The notes below the pieces were generated by a model that was given only the letters and a program-made list of their open reading frames with translations, was not told the DNA's origin and searched no databases. Positions 47,629-60,605 of a stretch of DNA of 64,000 nt are shown piece after piece. This stretch comes from Takakia lepidozioides. Lineage: Eukaryota; Plantae; Bryophyta. Position 1 is the stretch's first letter; each line of letters opens with the position of its first letter. The stretch covers positions 16,864,001 through 16,928,000 of the forward strand of contig CM060732.1 of assembly GCA_030704615.1 (NCBI GenBank), written 5' to 3'. The position numbers and the translations under genes are program-made.

Positions 47629-50437
47629 ATGGACAGTATAGGAGCTGAAGGAGGACCCACTAGTATGGCTGGGAATTTAAATAAAACTGGTTTGGTTAAA
47701 GAAAATCTACTAGGGCCGTCCTCTTCGCCGGGTACAGATCGCAGTGTCTGGAGGGTGATGGTAGGCAGGATTTGGAGTATCATGGGTCTCATGAGCCATT
47801 TATTCACGAGGGGTAGCAACAATGATTTTGAGAAGAAACTGCAGCATTTGTCGAAGGAGGAGGTAACTGTACATACACGGTTGAAGCGACGGACACAGTA
47901 CTGGAGAAAGCTTGCTCGAGCCCTCATTGTATATTCCGTCATTCTTGAGGTTGGATGTTGTTTCCCATTCACTTCCTACTCCTGACCCCCTCTTTTACTT
48001 CCCTTTCTCATTTTTATATCATTGGGATTCTGTAGTAAAGCGCTTCATAGAGAAGATTTGGAGCGACCACCCCGTCCCCCCTTTCCCTTTTGATCCTCCC
48101 TCGTCGTCTTTTCTGCGTCATCCAATCACGGCAAAGGATCTATGGCTAGAATGCTACAGTAAGCAATCTACTCCTCCGTATTGTGAAGAATCATAGTGAT
48201 ATCATATTCTCTCAGGTTTTTATTGCATTGCATTGTATTGCACTGAAAGAGAGTTGGCGACGGTCAAGTCATTATGTACGTAGGGATTTGTACCATATGA
48301 CACAGGAGACCGCAATGGCAGACAGACAGACGAGTTCAGGATGCAAGCAAGAGGGGAGGGAATAAGTTATGTTTGTTGGGGTTGCAGCTTCTGGTATTGG
48401 GGTTAGCCCTTCTTTCAACACGGTCGGCAGAGTTGTCATGGGAGATGCGAACTATGCGGGTCCTCCCTGTGTTTGTAATTCCAGCGGTGGTCACTCTGGT
48501 TTACTCCACATGTGCCAGTTATTATCGCATGAGTAAGTGTGCTCCCTGTATTTGCAATTCCACCATAGTCACTCTTCTTTATTCCACATTTCCAAGTTCT
48601 TGCTGCATGGATTCCTTTCGCACATCGCACACCCCTGTTCCTGGGGTCATTACGAAGTCCAGGCAGATGACCAAACCTGTATATTTAGGGCAAGTCATGG
48701 ATGGGATGGTCTACAGGGGAGCGTAAGGACCAGAAGACTTTGGAAAGGCTGCGCACAGAGCGCCAAGAGAAAATCAATGAGTTGAAAGAAAAGACCAACT
48801 ATTATGTCACTCAGCAGCTCATTCAGGTCTCAGAGAGCTTGGCCACTGATGTAGATTTGATTTGCTCTTCTTTCAAAGTTGCATCCTCTATTCGATAACT
48901 TTCCTATCTGTGCTCTATGCTACAGGTTGAAATGCTAAGGAGAGTTCACTCTGCCTGTGTTTGTTTATGCGTGTTTTTGATACATTGGTTAGACATATTT
49001 GTAGGATTGACCCAGCTCTAATGTGATGGCAATGCAATGGCAGCGCTATGACCCTGATCCTACAGCAAAGGCAGCGGCAGCAAGCATTCTGGCATCAAAA
49101 TTGGGTGCAGAATCAGGGCTCAAGCTGGCATTGGCAGCAGACCTCATTGATAAAGAGGAGGTCAGCATGGCACCAGGGTCAGGTAGAAGTCGGGATGATG
49201 AAATGGTAGACTCAGGAGGATTGAGGAAGCGCAAGGGTCAAGCACAAAGGGAGAGTGCCGGCAAAGGGCCATTCGTTGGGTTGGACAAAGTAGATGGGTT
49301 ACCAGAGGACAGACAATGTGTCCAGGAAGTATGGCAACAGGGGATGGAGATTGAGCCTCACCGAGGCAAGGCAAGTGAAGAAGGGTGGATTGCACGGCTT
49401 GCGGCCATGCTTGTTGGTGAAGATCCTACTCAGTGCTATGCTCTTATCTGCTCCAAGTGTCACATGCATAATGGTGAGTTAATGATGTAGCTAATTGTGG
49501 GCCATGTTGGCAAAATCAGCTTCCTTCTTAAAATGTATGGTTCAAGGTGTTGATTTGGCTCTGCTCAATCTTTCTCTGAGATGACTTCTGGGCATAACTG
49601 GGTAGAAGCTCCTAAAGCAAGACAACTTAGGTTCAACCAACTATTTATCCGAGTTTCTTGTACTTTGTGCCGGGTCTATGTGATGGTCCTCTGTCCTCTG
49701 GATGATCAGTGACCCTTCAGATCCTTCCACTTGTCAGCAATTTGTCAGGATGAAATACTGTTCTCAATATGAGTACTCTTGTGGTTATCGTGCTCAGACC
49801 AAGTGTTCCAATTACTATTACCCCTGAATACGATGAATGCTTCAGAACCAGGGCCTGTAGTATCAGTATCTGTCAGTGTCCTATAGTACCTGGTGGAACT
49901 ACTCATGTCATGCTTGCAAGGGAGATTCAAAGTAGCAGAAATGTTTCAATCGCATGAACCCTGAAGCCTGTGGGTGACCACCTCGCACGGTTCGGAGAAG
50001 TAAGAAGAAGTTAAAACAGTCTGAAAAGGGTTGGGTGTAAGCCCACATATGATGGACACAGCATGCGTTGATGACTAGTTGTGGAGTCAAGGGGTATCAA
50101 GTGCATTTTTCTGTGTGTTGCAGGGCTGGCTCGAAAGGAGGATTTCCAATATGTAACATATTACTGCCCACATTGCCAGGCTCTGAATGGCTCTCCACAG
50201 CTTGGAGAAGGTGCAGGAACCACTGATGGATCGGGTGAGATGTCCCCTAGACCCCTCCCATTGAAAGGTATGTCAACCACCGAAGACAGAAGGCAGATAG
50301 AATCGACAGTAAGGAGCCAAGGGTTTAGCACCCACTCTGTTGGGAAGTTACCAGGCAATGTGGAACTCAGCAGCAGCTCTGGGCCTGCAATCAGCTCACA
50401 ATTTGTCTCAGCGGAATTCAGTGATGGAAGAAGATGA
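47629..50437 (+). CDS. LNP: Lunapark-like ER junction protein; exons 47629-47949, 48388-48532, 48717-48826, 49044-49473, 50124-50437
   Basis: DFEKKLQHLSKEE, two transmembrane segments, ELKEKTNYYVTQQLIQ|RYDPDP, and the zinc ribbon ALICSKCHMHNG|LARKEDFQYVTYYCPHCQALN. All four introns are GT-AG and phase-compatible. The exact start codon is uncertain. Confidence 0.93.
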
Positions 50438-52199
50438 AGACAGAAATGTAGAGAAGGTAGCGAAGAAAATGTCTACAGTTTTATGTGGTTTAATGTCATC
50501 TGTGAAGTCCTTTGTATATGTGGTGCCTTTTGTATTGTCGAGGCATTATCTTGTGAACAAGGTTGACAGAGTTGCACACAGGACTTGCCCATGTCATATC
50601 TGTGAACATATGTGAACAAGTCAAAGGAAGCTGGAGGTTATTATGCCTATGGAAGTTCTTCCTGGCTTTCCAACCCAAGCAGTCCTGTCTTTGATGTCTC
50701 CAACCCATCCCAAGCTACTTTCTCTTGGTTGCTAGGAATGATACTTCTTGTTCTGACTGTGTTCGTTGTAAGAGGGACTCTTCTCAGTTACTTTGCTGTA
50801 TTGGAAACCAATGCTTGGTTCAGAAGCTTCATTTTGCACCTACCAATAGTAACTTTCGAATGGAAAGCTCAAGTGAATGACTGGTTCCTGCAATTCTAGA
50901 GCTGTCGTCTTGCACCATGATGCACAAGTCCCCTAAACTTGGATGAACTCGTTCATGCATTTGTTCGAAGAACCGAAAGCTATGGTTATAGATCTAGAGA
51001 CTTTCAACATCCAAGCTTGTTCTCGTGGACCTAAAGATGAGGCAAGCTGAAGAAAGATGACTTTTGAGGGGGCTGGGGAGCAAGGAGAATCTGTCAGCTG
51101 GTCCATGGTAGTCACTTCCATGTGGAGCGATTGCAAACCCTGTACGGCGGGCTGCTAAGAAATCAGAGTAGATTACCGTCGACTCTATGCATGTTTATCG
51201 AAATTTCTGGCTGGAGTCATGAACAAATGTAACTGGCCATCTTGATGAGGTAAAGCATACAATGCTCCTTGTGAACGGGCGGGCAAGTTCCTTGGTTGAG
51301 GACTTCAAGAACAAGCAGCCAAGGTTGAGGAATTCAAGGAATGATATGATCCCTCTTGAGATGAGCCATCTCTACTAGTGTTTTCACAAGCAGGACAGTG
51401 GACCACTAAAACAGATCCCATGGCCCTTTTTTGGGAAGAAGCAAACCCTTTCTTGGAGGTACTGGGAGACGAGGGTCAAAAACCAGTCTTTTCATGTAAC
51501 AGTCGATGGGCATCATCCTATTGTGTTCATCCATCCATAAATATGGATGAAGTATTCCAACTACACCCATCTTGAACTAATTGGACCCTCAATCGAGAGT
51601 ATTGGTGGCAAGTATCAAAACCCTTTGCATACACTCTTGCTTTAGGAAGGAAGGGTCAATAAAATAGTATTAGAGCAGTAATAGAGCTGATTTTGCAAAT
51701 TTTTATTTTGATTTTTTGCTTTTTTGAAAAGAGGGACAGTGGCCTCCCTTAACTTAGCAATTGGACATAAAAGGTCCGAGGAATATATATAAAAAAATAT
51801 GGTGGAAAAAATAACCACCGTAGAGGCCGTGAAGGCTTATTGTGGGGAAACTACCCCGTAACCAAGAACCTAAGAGTGAAAACAAATAGCAGAAGAACTG
51901 GAAGAGTATAAGAGTATCCAAAAAGAGATGTGAGAGGGGGGCGGCTAGCGAACAGGAAAAGGGGTCATCATGCAAGACAACTAAGGAATCACGAAAATGG
52001 AAGTCACTGCAACTTCAAAACTTGAGTTGCATTTTAAGCTTATGATCTCTGGCTCTTTTATGGTGCCAGTTGAAGTCACCTTCTTTCCCTTCCATTGGGG
52101 ATTTCCCATTGCACGGGGATGATGTCTTTCCATTGAACATGTGTTGGAAATACGGGAGCAGAGCAAACGGCTCTTGCCCTAGGTGATGTTGAACTCTTT

Positions 52200-52710
52200 G
52201 AGCAATTGGCCCCTGCGTTGATCCGTAGCTCGGCGAAGAGCTGCATAGACAGAAACCTAGGCTTTTTTCCCCTTAGTCATCAGATCGAAAAAAATGTTAA
52301 ACAACACAGATCTAATGCTGGGGGGTCTACCCTCATGCACCCATGAACACTTGACCTTCCACAAGTTCCATAGTGTGCGTGCTGACCAAATAGGGCAGTT
52401 AATGAAGGTAGCATCTGGAAGGTAGTTCAACAGAGGGAAAGCGGGGGGAGGAGAAGAAGGCATCCTTAGCCAGTTGGAGTACAATTGGAGAACCTTTGTC
52501 CAGACAGAACGAGGACCTGGACATTGAAACAGAAAGTGTTCCAGTGTTTCGGGCATGCTTAAGCAGATGGAGCAGAGGGGGTTGTCCTCATCCATGGACA
52601 TTTTGACCAGCGAAATTCTATGGGCAATTTTCCATAGGAAGGCCAATATTCTGGCAGATCTGTCTTTCCTCCAGATGTCTTTCCAGATTTGTTTCTAGAC
52701 ACCTTGTCCC
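52200..52710 (-). mobile_element. LINE (L1/Tx1-like) ORF2 C-terminal zinc-finger fragment
   Basis: FLWKIAH...CSICLSMPETLEHFLFQC...LWNLWK, the zf-RVT signature. A related upstream piece lies at 53500-53880 (WSSIWKA..PIFRN). Confidence 0.85.
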
Positions 52711-52889
52711 TAAATGTTGCCCCTCCATTTATGCTGCCATTTATGCATGAAGGATTGCATAGGGTATCTGAAGCTGTATCCCAATTTCATCGTATCAGCA
52801 AAAAAAATTGGACCTTTCAGTATCCATCCATGTCCACTCTCCTAGATCGAACTGTAGGCCTGCCAGGGGGTGGGAGAGGAAACAATAGA

Positions 52890-53089
52890 GTTCAGAATGG
52901 CCACGGTCCAGATGACAAGCGCACCAGCAATGCGATAGTGGAGGATCCCAAACTGAAACGTGGAGGACCTCTTGTGGGTGCTGGAACATCTCACCCTCAT
53001 AAAGGCCCTAGGAGAAAGAAGTTGGAATATGGAGAGTCTTACAAGCGTGGTTGCCAATGCTATTTCAAGGTCCAGCAATGCTATCTCGC
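52890..53089 (+). pseudogene. N-terminal DNA-binding fragment of a MULE/SWIM-type transposase-like protein
   Basis: GHGPDDKR...GESYKRGCQCYFKV resembles the CxxGP(D/E)D...KRGCxCHFxV motif I recall from plant MULE-derived SWIM zinc-finger proteins. It is cut off by a Mutator-like terminus at 53090. Confidence 0.6.
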
Positions 53090-53160
53090 GAGGGTAGCTA
53101 CCGTGTGAGCAGCTCACGTGAGCGCGCTCACGCTTTGCACACTAATCGTGAGCAGAATCC
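53090..53160 (+). repeat. Mutator-like left terminus fragment
   Basis: GAGGGTAGCTAC followed by GTGAGC/GCTCAC repeats. Confidence 0.5.
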
Positions 53161-53930
53161 TTAAGCGTGAGGGGACAAAGAAGATCAAATGCTTGGCAAA
53201 CAATTTTAGAACATATTCCGCCATATTTCTTGCCCTTGCTGCAAGGTCAAAATGGACCATTATCTTTGCCCATCTGGATGGGAGTCACTCACCTGACTCT
53301 AAGCTTGGCAATGCTGGTCACCTCAGTACATGGTAATGAAGCCACATGGCTCTGGTTTTAGGTGGGCAGTACAGGTGATCTAGCTTTCAAGGGAAGGAAC
53401 TCCATGGATTCTACAACCCTGGTCCCATATGTGTCATTGATGAAAATGGCAGACCCAATCCAGTACCCCAGCCAGGGCAAGAAGACAATTAGGCCTAAAT
53501 CACAGTAGGTGGGTACGAAAAATGGCAACAGACACTAGTTGCAAGGGGAGGAAAGATCCTTGCTCCCAAATGTGGGCCATATGATGGATCCCAACTTGCT
53601 CCCAGGCAGCCCATTTAGATTTAAGAGGCAGTAGCTCATCCAAATCCATGTTGTAGTTCCTAAAAATGGGCTGCCTGATACATTCTTCATAACTTTTTGG
53701 CATTCTTTGGGTAGGGGCCATGCGCATAAGATACAAGGCCTTCCATATGGATGACCAGGCCTGGGACCCTAGCTGCCTCGATTTGCCTTGACCTTGCACT
53801 ATCCATTTGAGGGAGTTTGGCCAGTTGTCGGGGCTAGTTAGGACCAAATATTGCTGGATTAGTCTACTCCAAAGTGTGCGAGCAATGCTTCTCTTGCCTC
53901 TTTTCTTGATCGTACCTACTTGCTTTCGCT

Positions 53931-53959
53931 GGGGCGGAGCTCCGCCCTCCCGCCGCTAG
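53931..53959 (+). mobile_element. Helitron-like 3' terminus
   Basis: GC hairpin GGGCGGAGCTCCGCCC, 8 nt, then CTAG followed by T. Confidence 0.6.
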
Positions 53960-54289
53960 TTTTTGCTTAATTTTAGCCATGACTAATTCTATAGGGTTTC
54001 ACCAACTTTTCGCTTTTATCACTGTTATTACCTCTCTCTTTAGCGGTTCCTCTAAGATATCCTCAGCTACGAGTCTAGTTCCATCTCCCGCCATAGCTCA
54101 CTTTGTGGCTTCTTGCACTGCCAAGCAATCCCCCAACATCTCTACTTCCCGCCTCCCCACCTGCACGATTCGCCCCTTTTCCACGCTTCTTTCAAGCTAT
54201 CTTTCGCTCATTTTCTTATCGTTTTATGGGCAAGCATGTTTTACGACTGCCCTCTACCTCCCTTCCCGTCGGCCCAGACGCATCAGGTT

Positions 54290-55329
54290 ACTTGTTTGTT
54301 ACCCCGCCTGCACGTTCATAGATCACCACACTGACAGCTCCGTGTGCTACCCTATGGTTTATACGCTTCTTCGAACTGCGTGTACTATCTTGCTCCTCAC
54401 TTTGGCATATTCTGTCAAGCTGCTCTTGCGCATTCGATGTCACCTGCGGAGATTCTCCATCAGACAACATTCCTCAAGAAATACAGGAAATCTTCTCGAT
54501 ACAAGAGTAGAAGCGCCAAATGAAGCGTGGGAAAGTACCTGAAACCACCATGTCATGCGGTTCATCCACATGTCGAATGTGGGGTCAGACAGTTTGTTGG
54601 GTTTTGGGAAGCTCCACATGTGCCGTGTACTTTGGGACCCATTCCAGATTTGGAGCCACCGGGTCTGTCCAACCAGCGTGCATATTAGTAAGTGCAAGAC
54701 ACCACGAAAACGAATTGTTGCCACAAGAAAATTTGGTTAAGAATGTATAACCTTCTCTGTTGCATCCACACAGGCTGTGGCTAGACGATGCAGCTTCTCC
54801 AGTGTCATCGTGGGCTTAAGAGCGCGGGAGTAGTGCTTCCCCACCTCCACCAGAAAGTCGGCACCAAGGGCGGGATCAGCAATGGCCACGTACTACACCA
54901 TCCGCGACTTGTACTTGACGCGAGGCTTCGCCTCCGCAGCTTTGAGATACGATTCCAGTGCCGGGAGGGTTAGTTTCTTCTCCTCTGACTCCATGTAGAA
55001 CCTCCTCGCATGTGCCAAATCCTGCTCAATTTTTGTCTGTCAACAATACGTACATAAGATTAGAAATCCTGGTCCACATTTTTTCTTCGATTGGGGGAGC
55101 AAAGACTGATTACGTCAACAAAAGAAGAGAGCGCTGTACCCAAAATATGTAGTCCGCCATGGCGTCCATGCTCAGCCTATACCAGGTTCTGTCTGCCTTT
55201 GCCTCCGACTTGCGCAGGAGGTCGGCACTGAGCGAATTGGCAAACTCTTGCACCCCCTGCTTCTCGACATCCTTCACTCGAAAGAGCATGTGGGACAGGT
55301 TGGTGGCAATGAAGGCATTCTTAGTCACC
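54290..55329 (-). pseudogene. Central exons of the ParB-MTase family, copy 4
   Basis: Exon 55329-55140 (TNLSHMLFRV...EF..SLS.D.L...TWYRLS....DY) aligns with exon 29605-29411 and has the same intron phases. Further exon-like pieces follow downstream. Confidence 0.65.
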
Positions 55330-55407
55330 CTACAATGCCACATTTCCATTAAACGATACTGAAATGAGAATTTGCAACAAATATGACGATTGACAATTAA
55401 ATGAGTA

Positions 55408-55831
55408 TGTCGTGTGCATACACCTCGCTACACAACTACATCGTTGTCCAAACCACACAACATATACATACACACAAATCAGTTCTGCCACAATGATAAT
55501 AAAAACTAGACACCATCACTAATACATTACGAGTCAAGCCAAGCATACTCCAAAAGCTACGGGGAATCTGCACTACGTGCGCTATAGCCGACGCGGGAGG
55601 CTCAACTCGAGAGAGATGAGCCTCACCGCGCGTTCACCGTGAAGATAAGCCACGCCCAGGGCCAATAAATATCTTGACCCATGGGCTGACACTTGGATCA
55701 AGCCCAAGTGTCATATATAGAAACTAGTTATTAACTTTACTTGACAGCTGTTGTGCGCATACACCTCGCTACACAACTACATCGCTGTCCAAACCACACA
55801 ACATATACATACACACAAATCAATCTGCCAT
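55408..55831 (-). repeat. Probable 3' LTR of the PHD-integrase element, with an about 80-bp direct repeat at both ends
   Basis: Follows GGGGGGCGA (PPT-like) on the minus strand. 55412-55492 and 55753-55832 are near-identical. Confidence 0.5.
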
Positions 55832-56093
55832 AATCGCCCCCCTAGTTGGTGGTTAGGTCCTTCTAACTCCAAATAGCTACAAGAGGTAATAGCCACAACC
55901 TCACTAAGTTCTCTATCACTGTCCCTATTGTACTCAAACTCTATAGACCTAGAGGCCGGGTACAAGAGTAGCCCCATCGTTATACACCGTCTTGCAATCT
56001 GTGAACTTGAGCAAGAGATCTCGTGTATTAGTCCCATAGTAGCTTGGCCTTGTGGTTCTTGTTAGTCTCCCATGGTTGTATCCATTACCACTA

Positions 56094-56820
56094 TTAAATG
56101 TATCGTTGACACAACCAATCCCCATCAGGAACCATATCAAGAGGTGGCGTCAAGCATCCCATGTGCCAACCTCTTGAGCATCGATCGCACACCAACATGG
56201 TGGCTGCCCCTCTAGCAGACCCACACAACATGCACCGCAAACCTGCAGGTACCACCGCCAAGTTTGGGTCAACCCGTCCATCAACATTTGGAAGGTGACA
56301 TGACGCGCAATTATGCACATGGTCCTTCCAAGTCATGCCATCCCGACCCTCCAAGATCAGGATTCCTGAGGGCAACACCTCTCGAACCCTCAAAATAGTA
56401 TGTCGTGCAGTCACATCCAGGGTCGTAGGAGCAGTCTGCTGCAGATAAACATAGTCACCAGGGTTAAATCTCCAAACCCCATGACGATAGCCCCCACCAC
56501 GTATGGTAGCATACCTCAACATATCACGATGTTGTGCAATGGCAAGGTTCTCGAAAGCCATGGGCATGATTTTCTTGAACAACTTTGCATGCTGATCACA
56601 TGCACGTGCACACACGTCCGGATCGTCAAGGTTGACAACTGTAGCAGCTTCTCTACGAATGGATGCAGGCAAATCTGGCTCTCGGCCAAAGAGAAGGAAG
56701 TATGGTGAGAATGAGGCAAATGATGCTTGCTTGCTGAACATGTAGCCCATGGCTAACCAGGGTAACTGAAGGTCCCAATCTCTTAAGTGTCCCTTCTGCA
56801 AGCCATACTTGCACAAACCC
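56094..56820 (-). mobile_element. Ty3/gypsy integrase C-terminus fused to a PHD finger
   Basis: DWDLQLP..GY..SPYFLLFGR..FNPGDYVYL (integrase C-terminus), then CMLC..MLVCDRC..GWHMGC..WLCQRY (C4HC3 with the last Cys read as Tyr). Confidence 0.85.
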
Positions 56821-58914
56821 GTCTAGCTATGGCGCCGTACTGTGGATTCCCCATGACATGGGGTGCACTTGGCTCGACTTGTATTTGAGTGATGATTTTA
56901 TATAAGCATCAGTTTATGTGAGCTCATGTGAGCTTGTATTTTTCTTATTTATCACTCGAGAAAGATCAGCTTGAGTCTGTGAGTGCCAGGTTCGAGTTAG
57001 TTGTAGCTTGTTTTGAGATGAGAAGCGGTTCAACCTAGAATGCAGAGATCCGTGCATGAGCCTATCCAAAACGGATAGGGTGCAAAGGCCAACAGGTTCT
57101 AGGTTAGCAATGGATAGAGAGGTGGTCAACCTGTGTTGAAGAGCGGTGTTGCATCGCTCAACGCAATGGCAACTGAGTATGCGGTTCTAGTGTGAAACGG
57201 AGGAGATGCTGGCTATGAGTGGGCGAACTGTGGCCGTCTTCTTCAGCTGCACACCGAGTTGAAGAGCTACGAGGATGCTACATGCGGGTCATAGCCTGTT
57301 GGAGCTTCAACTTCAAGCTCACGAAGAGGTATGAATAAAAAGAGAGGGCTGGTCCCTCTTGTGTGCAAATCAGTGCACTTTGTACAGCATGTTGAGTTGG
57401 AGTTTCAATCTGAAACTCCAGCAGTGTAAGGGCTCTTGGACTGGCAAGGGCGGGGCTAGAAGGGCAGCAGCGAGGTGCCCTAGAGCCAGGGAATTTGCAT
57501 GAGAAGCTCAGGTGCACTTAGGTTGTAAAGGTGTGTATTTGCAGATTCGTTTTTGTGAGCTTCACGAAGAAAAATGAGCTTGTTGGGTAGCTGATAGTTT
57601 GCTTGTTGAGTTGGGGGCGCTTTTAGGCCGTGAGAGCTCAAGAGAGCATGGCAACAGATCTGGTGGCTTCACAGAAGCCATAGCTCAGCGGCAGCAGGTG
57701 CAGAGGCAAACCCCAGCTCGGGGAGAGCTCGGAAACGTCCGAGAACGCTTGGGAACTCGTGGGGAGTTCCTAGGAACGTAGGGGAATTGTGGCCATGGCT
57801 GTGGACGTGACCGTGATGGGTCGTGGGGCCGGTATCACGAGATACCACGAGCCCATGCGTTGACCGTTGACCGTGGCCGTGGGGAGTCGTGGCGCGGACA
57901 CCACGGGTGGGCACGATGACCAGCTTGTGGGAATGGCGGGCCGTGACCGGAGATCGTGAAGGGTCGTGGGCGTGATACCACGGGGTTTCACGGGGCAGCT
58001 CATGGACAGCGTGTGCCTAGGGCGGGCCGTGGCCAGGGGGCGTAAGAAGTCGTGGCGTTGAGGGCCACGGAAGGCCACGAACGGGCAGAATGAAAAAAAA
58101 AAAAAAAAAACAACTTTTTGCACTCGTGTTGTGGGACCTTGATGGGGTTGTTAGGCTCTGAAAACCAACGGTTTTGAGCTAGCTAGCTAGGCAAAAAAGT
58201 CGGAATCGCCTCCCCGTTGCGTTTTAAGAAAGGCGGTTACCTCTCTACAGGTAATCTTCGGGGGTTTTCACTGCAGTTCTTAACTATGGGGGACACCACC
58301 CTGCAGGTAATTCCTTGGACAGATTGTTGTTGGGGCTATATGTACCTCGATTTGCTCCATTTTTGAACCTTTAGTGGATGGCGTGGTTTTCGGAGGTGGT
58401 TCCATTCTGAGGAATGGCTGGTGGACATAAGGAGGCATTGCCGGACCCTGTGGAGGTTTGCATGGGGCCTTGAAGACGAAGTTTCATAAGCTCGTGGAGG
58501 GCGGTTTGAGGAGTGTCTACATGATGCTCCCCATGGTCATGCAAGTGAGAGAAGAGAGGAAAAAGAGAGTGTTGGGATGAGGGCATGCTGGGGTTAGGCA
58601 TTGCTTTAGCTCTCTTTTTCTATAGCTTTCCACCTTCTCTGTAGGCCGAGACCTTTCCGTAGGTGGAGGCAAGAGTTAGTCCGAGTTTGGACTGGGGCTG
58701 TCCTTGCAGGAGCGACACTGTGGAGAGATTTTGAGTGTGGGGGAGTTGTTGCTTTGAGTTCTTGTGTTTGGATCCCCTCCATACCGGCATGCTTGATTGT
58801 GCGCCATGTTAGCTTTGTGTGGGCGCTTGTTTTCATATGTGGTTGGCTCGGAATTGATTACTGATCCAATCCTAGAGCATCCTATCGATGGTGAGGCTGG
58901 GGTGATGACCAGTC

Positions 58915-59640
58915 AGACGCGTGGGCGTGGTATAGAGGCTTCAGAGACGTATGAGCAAATAATGCAGGAATGGGTGAAGCCGGACCGGGTCACGGTCGTT
59001 TGTGTTTGCAATGCGTGTGTGAGCCTGGCACCCGTGGAAAATGGTAAAAGGTCCATGGTAACATTATCAAATTTAGGGTATCCAGAAACAGGTAACAGAG
59101 ACAGATGTGGCAGTATTGAGGATACAAAGGGAGTGTTTGAGAATTTGGTTGAACGAAATGTCGTGTCCTGGAATGTGATGATCGTGGGATATGCCCCAAC
59201 ATGGATGCGGGATGGAGGCATTGGAGACCTATGAGCAAATGATGCGGGAAGGGGTAAAGCCAGACCTAGTCACGTTCGTTTGTATATGCAATGTGTGTGC
59301 GAGCCTGACAGCCCTGGAAAAGGGCAAAGAGGTCCATGGTGACATCATCAAAGCTGGAATTGTACCAGATGTCATTCCTAAGATACCCTAGTGGACATGT
59401 ATGTAAAATGTGGCAGCATCAAAGCTGCAAAGGGAGAGTTTGACAATATGGCTGAACGAGATGTTGTCTTCTGGAACAAGATGATCGCAGGATATGGCCA
59501 GCATGGGTGCGAGATGAAGGCACATATGAGCAAATGTGCATGTCATCGCCCTTCCTGCATCATTTGCTCAAGAATAGGTATGCAAAGCCTCCATCCCACG
59601 CCCCTGCATATCCTGCAATCATCGCGTTCCATGGCACAAC
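58915..59640 (+). pseudogene. Second PLS-class PPR pseudogene fragment
   Basis: ETYEQMMREGVKPDLVTFVCICNVCASLTALEKGKEVH and DMYVKCGSI..A..FDNMAERDVV; same subfamily as 14-16 kb. A short inverted piece lies at about 59540-59640. Confidence 0.88.
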
Positions 59641-60139
59641 ATCTTTCGCGGGCGCAAGAGAGAGAAAAAAAAAAGCCTAAGTCCCAGCCCTCACGGCTAC
59701 CATAATGGACAACCCTAATAAACAACTTTTTGATTTTTTTTTTCACCTTTTGCACTTTGATATATTCTAGTGGTCATAGGCTACAATCCTGCTACCATCA
59801 TCACCCCTTCTACCGTTGCATCTGCCAAGATTCTCAGCCAGGACTTAAGCGAATTTGCTCATGAAGTTCAACATACCTATTCTTAAACCGTTAGATCTTA
59901 AATAATCTAGACCGTTAGATCTTATACAATCTAACAATTCAAAATAATTATGATCTAACCTTCTACAACCATGGCCATTGCGAATTTTAATCTTATATAT
60001 CTTGCGATGCTTGTTAAGCCATGTCCATCCAGGTCCAATTTATTGAACAGATATCAAATCGACACATGTTCAAATATGAAAAGACCACCGTATAGATGGA
60101 TGGATGAACCCATCCAATTGGATGAATTCATTCATGTAT

Positions 60140-60605
60140 GTGACTTTAAAATGACACGTGTAGTGATGTAGTCATATATATAGAGTTATGAAACAATCTG
60201 CAGTAAGGCAGTCATAAGTTTATATGTCATGTCATGTTGTGGATGAACTCATCCAATGGATGAATACATTCGTGTATGTGCCTTCAAAATGACACGTGTA
60301 GTGATGTAGTCGTATAATTAGAGCTGTGAAACCATCTTCAGTTATGGAGTCATAAGCTTCCATGAAACGTCGTCCACGTGTAGTGAAACATATCACACTA
60401 GTCATATAAACCATCCCTGTCAAGGTGGTCAATAATGTTTGACCAATGCTCCCTATCTTTCCGGAGTTAATGTAGTGAAATCCATTACTACAGAGTGATA
60501 AAACTATGACTACAATGCATTTCAGCGTTATGTAGTCGTATATCTAGTGCCGCTTTTATGACTCCGCCAAAGCCGCAGTCATAAAAATGCTCATCTGTTG
60601 TAGTG
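60140..60605. mobile_element. CACTA-like terminus with subterminal repeats
   Basis: Ends CTGTTGTAGTG (reverse complement CACTACAACAG), with repeated TGTAGTCAT / ATGACTAC motifs. No matching left end found. Confidence 0.55.

Noticed and set aside
18070-55329. Bacterial or phage contamination as the source of the ParB-MTase sequences
   Set aside because: The fragments have conserved spliceosomal-type introns and are interleaved with plant TEs, PPR pseudogenes and a spliced plant gene.
58154-58167. PBS-like TGGTTTTCAGAGCC on the minus strand, suggesting another LTR element
   Set aside because: Mismatched to the tRNA-Met PBS, no adjacent LTR ending in CA, and no recognisable gag downstream.
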